Positions 32,658-41,476 of a stretch of DNA of 64,000 nt are shown here, one piece after another. This DNA is from Trueperaceae bacterium (lineage in GTDB: Bacteria > Deinococcota > Deinococci > Deinococcales > Trueperaceae). Every line of letters begins with the position of its first letter. Positions within the stretch are counted from its first letter, which is position 1. The notes under the pieces were generated by a model. It saw nothing but the letters and a program-made list of their open reading frames with translations, was not told the DNA's origin and did no database searches. The position numbers were made by a program, and so were the translations under genes. The stretch lies in the NCBI GenBank assembly GCA_034520945.1, contig JAXHNB010000006.1, positions 384,001 to 448,000 on the forward strand. Reading direction: 5' to 3'.

Positions 32658-34118
32658 CAATGCCGTTCACTTAGTCTTGACGGGGTGGGTTTGGGCTGGT
32701 AGCTTGCGGTGTGGCGAAGCCCGGTCGTGCGAAGAAGGTGGAGCGCGAGTTCGGGGTTGCGGATTTGGTGGGGTTCGGGTTTCTGGCGGCGTTCTTTCCG
32801 CCGGTGCTGGTGGATCGGGTGTTGCGGGAGTGTGGGCGTCTGGAGCAGCGTTCGCGGCTTTTGCCCTCGCGGGTGGTGGTGTATTACGTGCTGGCGATGG
32901 GGTTGTTCGCGTCGGCGGGGTACCGGGAGTTGTTCCGGTTGTTGGTGGAGGGGTTGCGGTCGTTCGATCCGTCGGTGCCGGTGGTGATTCCGCAGAAGTC
33001 GGCGTTTTCGAAGGCGCGGGCGCGGGTGGGGTCGGAACCGCTGCAGCGCTTGTTCGAGGAGACGGTGGCGCCGATGGCGCAGCCGGAATCGCAGGGCGCG
33101 TGGTATCGCTCGTGGCGGTTGATGAGCGTGGATGGCAGCACGCTGGAGGTGCCGGACACGCCGGAGAACGCCGAGGAGTTCGGTCGTCCGGGCGTGTCGC
33201 GGGGTGAGCGGAGCGCGTACCCGCGGGTGCGGTGGGTGGCGCTCGGCGAGGTGGGCACGCGCGCCATCGTGGGCCTGTCCGCGGGGGCGTACGGGGTTTC
33301 TGAGTTGACGCTTGCGAAGCCGTTGCTGGCGCACTTGCAGCCGGGGATGTTGTGCCTGTGCGACCGGGCGTACTTCGGGTTTCACGCCTGGCAGGAGGCC
33401 CACGCGAGTGGTGCTGAACTGTTGTGGCGCCTCAAAGGCAACGCAGTGTTCCCCGTCGATAAGCGCCTGCCGGACGGGTCGTTCTTGAGTCAGGTGTTCG
33501 AAAGCCCGAACGATCGCCGCAAGGGCCTACCGGGCGTACCGGTCCGGATCCTCGAGTACGCGCTCGACGATCCCGGCAGGCCGCAGGCGGCGCAGCGGTA
33601 CCGCTTGGCGACCACGATCCTGGACCCCAAGGAGGCGCCGGCGCACGAGTTGGCTTCGCTGTACGCGAAGCGTTGGGACATCGAGATCAGCATCAAGGAG
33701 GTCAAGGCCAGCCAGGGCGGCACCCACCTGGTGCTGCGCAGCCGCAAGCCCGACGGTGTGATCCAGGAACTCTACGGCTTCGCCTGCGTCCATTACGCCA
33801 TCCGCTGGCTCCTCCACCAGGCCGCGCTCGGCAGCAACGTCGACCCCGACAGGCTCTCCTTCACGGGCGGCCTGCGCGCCATGCGACGCAAACTCTCCAG
33901 ACCCGAGAGCTTTTCCCCCCACGACCCGAACCACGCTGATTCATGAAGCGATCCACGAAATCCTTTCCGAACCGAATCCCGCACGACTCCGCTCCTGCCC
34001 CCGCGTCGTCAAGCGCGCCGTCACGTACTACCCACCCAAACGCACCAAGCACGCCAACTGGCCGCAACCCACCAAGACGCCCGACCAAGCCATCACCATC
34101 CTTAAGTGAACGGCATTG
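32658..34118 (+). mobile_element. IS4-family element
   Basis: 16-bp IR CAATGCCGTTCACTTA; 10-bp TSD GGTCTAGGCT at 32648-32657 and 34119-34128. Confidence 0.95.
32711..33946 (+). CDS. IS4-family DDE transposase
   Basis: SVDGS, CDRAY and Y..RWDIE...K motifs. Confidence 0.92.
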   Translation: MAKPGRAKKVEREFGVADLVGFGFLAAFFPPVLVDRVLRECGRLEQRSRLLPSRVVVYYVLAMGLFASAGYRELFRLLVEGLRSFDPSVPVVIPQKSAFSKARARVGSEPLQRLFEETVAPMAQPESQGAWYRSWRLMSVDGSTLEVPDTPENAEEFGRPGVSRGERSAYPRVRWVALGEVGTRAIVGLSAGAYGVSELTLAKPLLAHLQPGMLCLCDRAYFGFHAWQEAHASGAELLWRLKGNAVFPVDKRLPDGSFLSQVFESPNDRRKGLPGVPVRILEYALDDPGRPQAAQRYRLATTILDPKEAPAHELASLYAKRWDIEISIKEVKASQGGTHLVLRSRKPDGVIQELYGFACVHYAIRWLLHQAALGSNVDPDRLSFTGGLRAMRRKLSRPESFSPHDPNHADS

Positions 34119-34228
34119 GGTCTAGGCTGGGCTCAGTCATCGCTACCTCCGCCTTCTAGTGGCACTCCGTCGCGTGCGCTAGCCGGTTTCGGTGTTGGCG
34201 TCGAGGTGCGTAGACGTACAGGCCGGCG

Positions 34229-34972
34229 TTACTTCCAGTTGAAGTCGATCGGTGGCCCTTCAGGGCTGTACATCGTGTCGAGGTAGCACGTGATGCCATA
34301 GTCCGTCATATAGGGGAAGCCGTCGGCGTAGGGCACGCGAACGGTCTGGGAGCCTGGGTCGAGATCCACGATCGTCCAGAAGTCCATCGGGAGGTTCTCG
34401 AACGTATCCTCGATGCACTCGAGGCCGATTCGGACGGCTTCGATTGTCTCGTCTGCCTCGACCGTCACGTTGTACATGGTGAGGGTTGGGTAGTCCGTGT
34501 ACCGAGGGATCGAGAAGCCCGTTGACGTCACCGTCACCGTTTCCTGTACAGTCTGGAACGCAAGTGAGAAGGGCGAGCCAAGGAAGTTGCCTGCTTCGTC
34601 CTTCGCAGCTCCATCGATACGTAGGCGGTAGGTGGTGTCGTGGCTGAGTTGTTGGGCGGGATTACATGTCACGCGCGTGGCGCTCGCATTCCAGAGGTAG
34701 CTGCATGCTAGCGCGGTTTGGTCGAGCGTTTCTGTCTGGGGTTCGATGGTGATCGCGCGCTCGACGCTGGCCTTATCCATCGCTTCAGTGAACGTGATCT
34801 GTATGGAAGAGCCGACAGGCACGTCGCCTGAGCCGTTCGCTGGGCTCGTGAAGCTCACGCTCGGCGGGGTGTTATCCACTGGCGGGGTTGGCGATTCGCT
34901 AACGGAGTTGCATGCGGATAGGACAAGTAGTCCTGCCGAAATGCCGGTCAACAACACGCTTCGCATGCCCAC
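34229..34972 (-). CDS. Lipoprotein with a bacterial Ig-like (Big_5) domain
   Basis: LSAC lipobox; PSVSFTSPANG..VP...I.ITFTEAMD...AKDEAGN motif. Confidence 0.8.
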   Translation of the reverse strand: MGMRSVLLTGISAGLLVLSACNSVSESPTPPVDNTPPSVSFTSPANGSGDVPVGSSIQITFTEAMDKASVERAITIEPQTETLDQTALACSYLWNASATRVTCNPAQQLSHDTTYRLRIDGAAKDEAGNFLGSPFSLAFQTVQETVTVTSTGFSIPRYTDYPTLTMYNVTVEADETIEAVRIGLECIEDTFENLPMDFWTIVDLDPGSQTVRVPYADGFPYMTDYGITCYLDTMYSPEGPPIDFNWK

Positions 34973-35202
34973 AGCCTACCTCCCCGTCTGATGTGGAGGC
35001 ATGATGCCACGCCGGTGTCGGCGTGTCACGGGACAATTGCACCTAGGTTTACGGCTTCAGCTACCGTGGTGCGCAGGTACGTTCGTAGGGATCCAGAACG
35101 ACCGCGATATCGAGTCCCGATGTCGAGATCGCGCGAACGGTGTCGGCGGTGGGCGGGTCACCCAATGGGTGGCACGCGGGATGTAGAACGAGCCTCTGAG
35201 CA

Positions 35203-35250
35203 AGTGGCGTCCCGCAGGTTCTGTAACTTCCCCCACCTGGGGGAAGTTAC
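35203..35250. repeat. Left part of a 68-bp perfect palindrome (REP-like); the rest is at 36783-36802
   Basis: Removing the IS110 gives a 32-bp stem with an ACCT loop. Confidence 0.9.
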
Positions 35251-35352
35251 AGATGGGATGTAGAGGCCGCCCTCCGCCTGACGCAGTCACCCGTCGCGGG
35301 GCTGCTCTACCCTGTGGTGACGGGCTGGGTTGGCCCGGAAGGGAGGACGGCC

Positions 35353-36429
35353 ATGATCCAGGATACGTCTTCGGTTTCGCCTTGCATCGCAGGGGTCGAC
35401 ATTGGGGACGACACCTCCAGCGTGTGCATCTTGGATGCGGCATCGGGAGACGTGCTGGAGGAAACCCGCGTTCGGACGCGCGTGGCGGACGTGGAGCGGT
35501 ACTTCGCGCGGTTGGACCCATTGCGTGTCGCCATTGAGACCGGGACGCACTCGTCGTGGATCGCGCGCGCCATCAGCGACGCGGGGCAAGACGTCACGAT
35601 CGCCAACGCCGCGCACGTCCGGTTGATTCACGGCAGCAAACGCAAGAACGACCGGCTGGACGCCGAGAAACTCGGGCGCCTCCTCCGGTACGACCGGGCG
35701 TTGCTCGCGCCCATCACGCACCGGGGTCGCGCCGCGCAACTGGACCTTTCCGTTCTCCGTGCACGGGACGCGCTGGTCAGGGCGCGCACGCTCCTGATCA
35801 ACCACGTGCGCGGGGTGGTGAAGTCCTACGGGCAGCGCATCCCCAAGTGCGAGACGAGCGCGTTCTCCAAGCACGCCGCCTCGCACGTTCCCCCGGACCT
35901 GCTGCCCGCCCTGCAACCGCAGATCGAGGCGATCGCGCACCTCACAGAGCAGATCCGCAGCGCCGATCGGCGCGTAGCGGAGCTGTGCCGCACGACCCAC
36001 CCCGAGACGGCCGTCCTGACGCAAGTACACGGCGTGGCCGAAACCACCGCCTTGACGTACGTCCTCACTCTCGAAGACCCCAACAGGTTCCACCGCAGTC
36101 GCGACGTCGGCGCGTACCTCGGTCTCACACCCGGCCAACGACAATCCGGCGGCAGGGATCCCGATAGGCACATCACCAAGGCCGGCGATCGTGCGCTACG
36201 CAGGCTGCTGATTCAGTGCGCCCAACGCATCCTCGGCAAGCGCGGCATCGACAGTGACCTCAAGCGGCACGGGCAACGCATCATGCAACCCGGCACCAAG
36301 GAGGCGAAACGACGTGCCGTGGTCGCCGTCGCCCGCAAGCTCGCCATCCTCCTGCATCGACTCTGGATCACCGGCGAGGTGTACGAACCGCTCCACAACA
36401 ACCAACCGAAACCGACCCCCTTGACGTGA
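35353..36429 (+). CDS. IS110 DEDD recombinase/transposase
   Basis: GVDIG, AIETG, KNDRLDA, YLGLTP..QSGG and VAVARKL motifs. Confidence 0.95.
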   Translation: MIQDTSSVSPCIAGVDIGDDTSSVCILDAASGDVLEETRVRTRVADVERYFARLDPLRVAIETGTHSSWIARAISDAGQDVTIANAAHVRLIHGSKRKNDRLDAEKLGRLLRYDRALLAPITHRGRAAQLDLSVLRARDALVRARTLLINHVRGVVKSYGQRIPKCETSAFSKHAASHVPPDLLPALQPQIEAIAHLTEQIRSADRRVAELCRTTHPETAVLTQVHGVAETTALTYVLTLEDPNRFHRSRDVGAYLGLTPGQRQSGGRDPDRHITKAGDRALRRLLIQCAQRILGKRGIDSDLKRHGQRIMQPGTKEAKRRAVVAVARKLAILLHRLWITGEVYEPLHNNQPKPTPLT

Positions 36430-36493
36430 GTTGAGTTCGCGCTCGGCGCGCGGCACGGACGAGGATCGCACCTGGGGCGTGCCCACCTTCCGG

Positions 36494-36630
36494 GACGGGT
36501 GACTGCGACGGCTGGCTCTGGCTCTACGAAGCCGCTTTACAGAGTGCAGCACCCAACTTGGATGTACCCCACCCTGCACCGAGCCGACCTACCGGCTCAC
36601 CACGAGTGCGCATGGAAGAACAAGGCAAGG
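36494..36630 (+). ncRNA. Candidate bridge RNA/seekRNA of the IS1111-type element (boundaries approximate)
   Basis: The 3' NCR contains TTACAGA (target left flank plus core) and CATGGAAGA (donor junction). Confidence 0.6.
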
Positions 36631-37078
36631 GCACCCCCGCATCAAGGCGCGCACCCCGCCCGCCACCGCCAGGCGCGACCGGCCCGTCAAGAACTACAAA
36701 CCGCACCCAAGCAAACGCGGCGAAAACCACACCCCCCGCGTCGGCGCCAACCTACGTTGACACGAAGCGGCCTCAACATGGAAGAACCTGCGGGACGCCA
36801 CTGCATAATCGCTTCGTCAATCAGGGCTCGAGCTTCAGCCTCATCTTCAGCTACGAACTCGAAGCACATGGGGTCCCGGATATCGCCACGGCACTCGTCA
36901 AGCACGACCCCACTCGTATGGCTCGCAGCAGAATAGACGAGGTCCCGCGGCGACCACGCAACGAGGAAGAAGCAACTTAAAGCCACAAGTACGACGCGCA
37001 CGGCTTCTACGTTAGCCGGGGCATGTAGCCTTGGGCGCCATAGCTGCCGGCACATTAAGATTAGTTGTCATTTGGACC

Positions 37079-38209
37079 CTAGTGGAGAGCCGTGCGCGGC
37101 TGCTCGCCCGGAGCCGTCTCCGCCTCGGCTACCGCCCTAACTACATTGGCGACATGAGTGGCCACTTCGTCCAGTGGGGCGTTACGCTCGAACCGGGCGG
37201 TCACAGGACGACTGCCATTCAAGGCCGTCGTGCCGGCCTCTACCAAGAACGGCGCGTCGCGCTCCGCCAACCACTCAGCCAGTTCATTCGCAGCCAATTT
37301 CTCGCCGATTGCGCGTCGCTGGAAGACCGTCACCTCCCAACCGTACGTGCCGATCCAAGCGTCGATCGCCACCACCGCTCCCGACTGAAAGTCGATGTCG
37401 TATACCGAGGAGCCTTCCAACTCGCCGGGCACGCGCCAGTACCGCGTTTGCAGTTTGTTACTCACCTCCGCGGTCACCAGTTCCTCGACGTGCGCCCGGA
37501 GTTCATTCCCCTTCAAGCGATTCTCGCTCGCAAAGGAGTCCGCAGCGCGGAGTAAGGCCAAGACGTCATCCTCACGCTTCTTCAGGAGTTCGAGCACGGC
37601 TGGATTCATCCGGATTCCCTTTCGTAGATTCTCCATGGTCTTCAAGAAGTCGAGTGTGAACGTCACGTACTGCGCAGGCACGTCGGCCGCGTGCAAACCA
37701 AGATCCCGTCGTACGCGACCCATCAGCTGCGCGTAGGTGACCACCACAACCCCCGCTGGCACCTGCTTCTGGGGCTCGTGCAAGCACAACAGGATCAATG
37801 CCACCTGGCGCCCCTTAGCCTTACGCTCCAAGTGACCTAGGTACTCGTCCATCGGGTTGTAGACCGGCGCAAAGACCTTGTTCTCCACACCAATCAGGTG
37901 AGCATCCGCGTCGATCACCAGGTCGATCCGGTAGCCGCTGGACGTCCCCACCTCACGCTCCACCCCCAAGACCGAGACCCCCTCGAAACCCAACGGTTCC
38001 GTCAACGCCTCGAGGAACAAGCCCTCCAGGCCATGCCCCTCCGCCGGGTCCAGGAAGTACCGCAAGAGGTTGCTTGCGACGTTCTCGTAGCTCGGGTAGC
38101 CCGCCGCTTCGAGAAGCGTTGAGGGTGTGGCGCTCGCACCACGGATCCGCCCAAACTCCTCCAAGAGCGACTCAAATCGAGTAACGTCGTCCACCTCGGT
38201 AGTTTTCAT
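37079..38209 (-). CDS. PD-(D/E)XK nuclease-family protein (PDDEXK_4-like)
   Basis: ENVASNLLRYFLDP..GHGL, RIDLVI and GVENKV motifs; GGAGG RBS. Confidence 0.85.
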   Translation of the reverse strand: MKTTEVDDVTRFESLLEEFGRIRGASATPSTLLEAAGYPSYENVASNLLRYFLDPAEGHGLEGLFLEALTEPLGFEGVSVLGVEREVGTSSGYRIDLVIDADAHLIGVENKVFAPVYNPMDEYLGHLERKAKGRQVALILLCLHEPQKQVPAGVVVVTYAQLMGRVRRDLGLHAADVPAQYVTFTLDFLKTMENLRKGIRMNPAVLELLKKREDDVLALLRAADSFASENRLKGNELRAHVEELVTAEVSNKLQTRYWRVPGELEGSSVYDIDFQSGAVVAIDAWIGTYGWEVTVFQRRAIGEKLAANELAEWLAERDAPFLVEAGTTALNGSRPVTARFERNAPLDEVATHVANVVRAVAEAETAPGEQPRTALH

Positions 38210-38444
38210 TCATGCCTCCAACAACACGGCGACACTAACACCGCTCCACTAACGACAAATGCACGCGCCAGGGCTCGAACTGGGGTGGAATGGCGCACTG
38301 GTGCGAAGCCTCTAGAAGATCTCTTTGGGTAGCTGACGATGGTTCCGATACGGCCTGCCGACCCTGGGGGTCGCCGGCACGATGGACTCCGAGACGTGCC
38401 ATTGCCGCGGCGATACGCCCGAGTTGTGCATACCCACCCCCTAG

Positions 38445-39393
38445 GAGGCTGTGTGCGTACCTGCCCGCATTATGCATGAAGGGGCGGGGGTGTCGGGGCC
38501 GTCCGGTCCGGGGGTCCGGGGTGCCTTGAAGTGGTAGGATGTTCGTACTGGACGTTGTTCTTTCCGTCTCGTGCGTGTGTTTTTGGGGGTGTCGTGAAGC
38601 GTTTCCTTCCCTTCGATCCGGACCAACCATTGCTGTTGCCGCCCGACCTTCGTGAGGCCCTGCCGGACGGCCATCCGGCATTGCTGATCGACGAGCTGGT
38701 GGACCAGCTGGACTTGAGCGAGATTTACGAGGGGTTGCAGGACGGCGAGTGGGGCGGGAAGCCGGGGTTCGACCCGCGCGTGATGGTCCGCATTTGGTTG
38801 TACGCCTACCTGCTGGGGATCCGGTCGTCGCGGCAGGTGGCGAAGGCGACGGTGGAGAACATCGCGTTCCGCGTGATCGCCCGCAACCAAACGCCCGGGC
38901 ACTGGGCGTTGAACCGGTTCCGGACACGCCACCGACAGGCATTGGGGAATCTGCTGACGCAGAGTGTGCAGGTCGCTGCGAACCTGGGGCTCGTGAGCCT
39001 CGCGAACGTCGCGATCGACGGCACCAAGATCAAAGCGAACGCCAGCAAGCACAAGGCGATGAGTTACGGCCGCATGGACGCCACCGAGGAACGCTTACGG
39101 ACCGAGATCGAGGGGTTCCTTGACGAGTGCGACGAGCAGGACGAGAAGGACGAGGAGACGTACGGTCCTGAAGATGACGGCATGAGCCTGCCCGAGGGCT
39201 TGCGGGACAAGCAGGCGCGCCGCGCCAAGATTGCGCAGGCGAAACGGCAGTTGGAGGAACGCGCGAAGGACCACAAGGAACGCGAGCAACAGAAACGCCG
39301 GGACGCCGCGAAGCGAGAGGGCAAAACGTACACGCCCCGCACCAGTGCTGAGGACGCCACCCCCCAGGATTCCGACCAGATCAACTTCACCGA
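38445..39393 (+). mobile_element. IS1182-family element, 3'-truncated (transposase from 38594)
   Basis: End CTAG|GAGGCTGT; LLPPDL, GIRSSR, AIDGTKIKANAS motifs; cut at QINFTD. Confidence 0.85.
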
Positions 39394-39483
39394 TAACGTT
39401 GAGCGTGCAGTTATGTTGAGTGTCGGCGTCGATATCCGTTCTTGACGGGATTCTGCGCTGGGACACTCAACATCACGTTGTGC

Positions 39484-40494
39484 TTACAGTTGTTCGAGCC
39501 AGGTGAGGAGGTCGGGAGTCTGCTTCCATGAAGCGGTGCTGTACTCGGGGGTCTTGCCGTTTGGTGCGCAGGTTTCGATGGCTTTGCGTTTGGTGTTGAG
39601 ATCTATTTCTGCGTAGATGTTGGTTGTGCGGAGGTCCACGTGTCCGAGCCAAGCGCGGATGACGTTGATGTCGACGCCTGAATTGAGGAGATGCACGGCG
39701 CTGGTATGACGGATTGTGTGCGGTGAGATGCGTTTCCTGGCCAGTGTCGGGAGTTGCTGTGCTGCTTTGGTGGCATGCTTCTTCAGGATGTGGTCGACGC
39801 CGAAGCGGGTAATGGCCTGCTTGCGGTCGTTCAGGAATACGCGCGCGTCGCTTTGGGCGGGGATGCGGTTATCGTTGAGCAGGGTGTTCAGTGTGTCGGC
39901 AGTGGTTTGCCAGAGCGGGCAAATGCGTTCTTTGCTGCGTTTACCGTAGAGAAGTACCTGCCGGGGTCGCGTGAGCTGCAGGTCGCGAGCGCGTACGGTG
40001 GTCAGCTCCTGCACGCGGGCACCGGTATTGTAGAGGAAGAGAAGCATAGCGTGATCGCGACGTCCTGAAGGTGTGTTGCGGTCGGGTGTGGCGAGAATGG
40101 CCTGCATCTCGTTTAGTTCGAGGTAGTCGATGGTTTGAACGGGTGCTCGTTTTCGCGGCAGGGTGCAGATTCGTCGGCATTGCTCGGCGAGGGTTGGCTC
40201 TTCGGCGGCGGCGTAGTGGAAGAAGCTGCGCAGCGCGGCGAGACGGTTGTTCCTGGTGATGATCTGGTTACCGCGATCGCGTTCGAGGTGGTCGAGGAAG
40301 CCTGCGATCATGTTCACATCGAGATCGTTGAAGGTGAGCTTGACGACGGGCCGGTTCGTTCGTTGGGAGGCGTAGCGCAGCAGCAGTTTGATTGCGTCAC
40401 GGTAGCTGTGGAGGGTCTGGGCACTGAAGCCGCGGCGTGGCAGGACGAGAGTGAAGTAGCTCTGGATCAGTTCTGTCAGTCCCCTCGTCTTCAT
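39484..40494 (-). CDS. Tyrosine recombinase (RitC-like)
   Basis: YNTGARVQE, SPHTIRH and WLGH...TT..Y motifs; TRNNRLAALRSFF. Confidence 0.9.
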   Translation of the reverse strand: MKTRGLTELIQSYFTLVLPRRGFSAQTLHSYRDAIKLLLRYASQRTNRPVVKLTFNDLDVNMIAGFLDHLERDRGNQIITRNNRLAALRSFFHYAAAEEPTLAEQCRRICTLPRKRAPVQTIDYLELNEMQAILATPDRNTPSGRRDHAMLLFLYNTGARVQELTTVRARDLQLTRPRQVLLYGKRSKERICPLWQTTADTLNTLLNDNRIPAQSDARVFLNDRKQAITRFGVDHILKKHATKAAQQLPTLARKRISPHTIRHTSAVHLLNSGVDINVIRAWLGHVDLRTTNIYAEIDLNTKRKAIETCAPNGKTPEYSTASWKQTPDLLTWLEQL

Positions 40495-40697
40495 GGCGCA
40501 CATCGGGAAGGCGGAGCGCAATTGTCCTCGAAGCGGCGACCGGCCTGAACCAGCGTGTCGCTGGTGATCGTGGCGTAGTACTGGGTGGTGGTGATGTCCT
40601 TATGCCCCATGTAGGTAGCCAGTAGGGGCAGGAGGTTCTGAACATCGCGGCCTTGTTCGTACCATCGGGCGATCCTGTGCGCGGCAAACGTGTGACG
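40491..40697 (-). pseudogene. RitB-like recombinase C-terminal fragment
   Basis: RHTFAAHRIARWY..G......LP.LATYMGH.....TQYY; ATGA overlap with the ritC-like gene. Confidence 0.8.
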
Positions 40698-40698
40698 G

Positions 40699-40718
40699 TT
40701 ATCCCGCGCGCGGGATAA
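40699..40718. repeat. Perfect 20-bp palindrome TTATCCCGCGCGCGGGATAA
   Basis: Read directly; joins two integrase fragments. Confidence 0.95.
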
Positions 40719-40719
40719 G

Positions 40720-40920
40720 CGGCATTCCTGCGCGACCCTGATGCTGGAGAACGGCGCGCACCCGAAGATCGTCGCCGAACGCCTCGGGCACAGCTCCACA
40801 AAGTTGACGCTGGACACGTACTCGCACGTCACGCCGACCGTGCAGGACGCCGCGACGAAGCAACTCGGCGGCCTTGTCTATGCCACCCCTGACAGTGAGG
40901 AGGTGAGGCCCGTAAACTGA
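40720..40920 (+). pseudogene. Phage-type tyrosine integrase C-terminal fragment
   Basis: Manual translation: RHSCATLMLENGAHPKIVAERLGHSSTKLTLDTYSHV; points toward the tRNA. Confidence 0.88.
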
Positions 40921-41024
40921 GCCCGGAAGGTGTGCGCACACTATGCGCACACAAAGGCCGATGCGCGGCCTCCGGCAAGAGACTCCGCGCATCGACGTTC
41001 CAGCGTCCTGGACGGACTTTCTGG

Positions 41025-41100
41025 TGGTGGGTCGTGTAGGACTCGAACCTACAACCAGCTGATTAAGAGTCAGCGGCTCTACCAATTGAGCTAACGACCC
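41025..41100 (-). tRNA. tRNA-Lys(CTT)
   Basis: GGGTCGTTAGCTCAATTGGTAGAGCCGCTGACT-CTT-AATCAGCTGGTTGTAGGTTCGAGTCCTACACGACCCACCA; 76 nt, CCA encoded. Confidence 0.97.
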
Positions 41101-41476
41101 GCGCGCACGCGGCGAGTAGTGTAGCGCATGCCGGCGCTGCGCGGCAATGCTCTGCATGCCAAATGCGACGCGCGCCAGCGGGACACCGGTCGCCCACGAG
41201 GCTGCGTCGCTACACGGCTCCGCCGCCCTGTTGCGAGCTCACCCACGCCACCCCGTCGCCGGTGGCGCCCCGCACGCGGTCGGCGAACTGCGCAGCGTGC
41301 TACGGCGTCGCGGTGCATGGCCAGGGCTGCGTGTTATTCGCGCTGGAGGGAGGTGCGAAGGTGGTCGAGGGGCTCGCGCATACGCCGAGGATGGCACGCA
41401 CACGGCAGGCGGGCGGACCCGACGGCGAATGACTAGACTCGTGGACGAAGTCCAGGCGGGCGTGTAGGCTTGCATC

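Larger units (their letters stand above)
31986..34140 (-). pseudogene. PD-(D/E)XK nuclease-family (PDDEXK_4-like) gene interrupted by IS4 after codon ~7
   Basis: Native start MTEPSLD at 34140 with GGAGG; body LLDPAGTHGQG, LDLVV, AIENK, EQLQDY, VYLTP. Confidence 0.85.
35251..36785 (+). mobile_element. IS110-family, IS1111-type element
   Basis: Sub-terminal IRs ATGTAGAGGCCGC (35258-35270) and GCGGCCTCAACAT (36767-36779); AGA core at both junctions; long 3' non-coding region. Confidence 0.92.
39393..40697 (-). mobile_element. Partial RIT-like (recombinase-in-trio) element
   Basis: Overlapping tyrosine recombinase genes. End motif TAACGTTGAG..TTATGTTGAG, with inverted GACACTCAACA at ~39462. Confidence 0.75.

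Noticed and set aside
36803..37055. Gene interrupted by the palindrome and IS110
   Set aside because: There is an open frame on the - strand, but no recognisable motif or convincing start.
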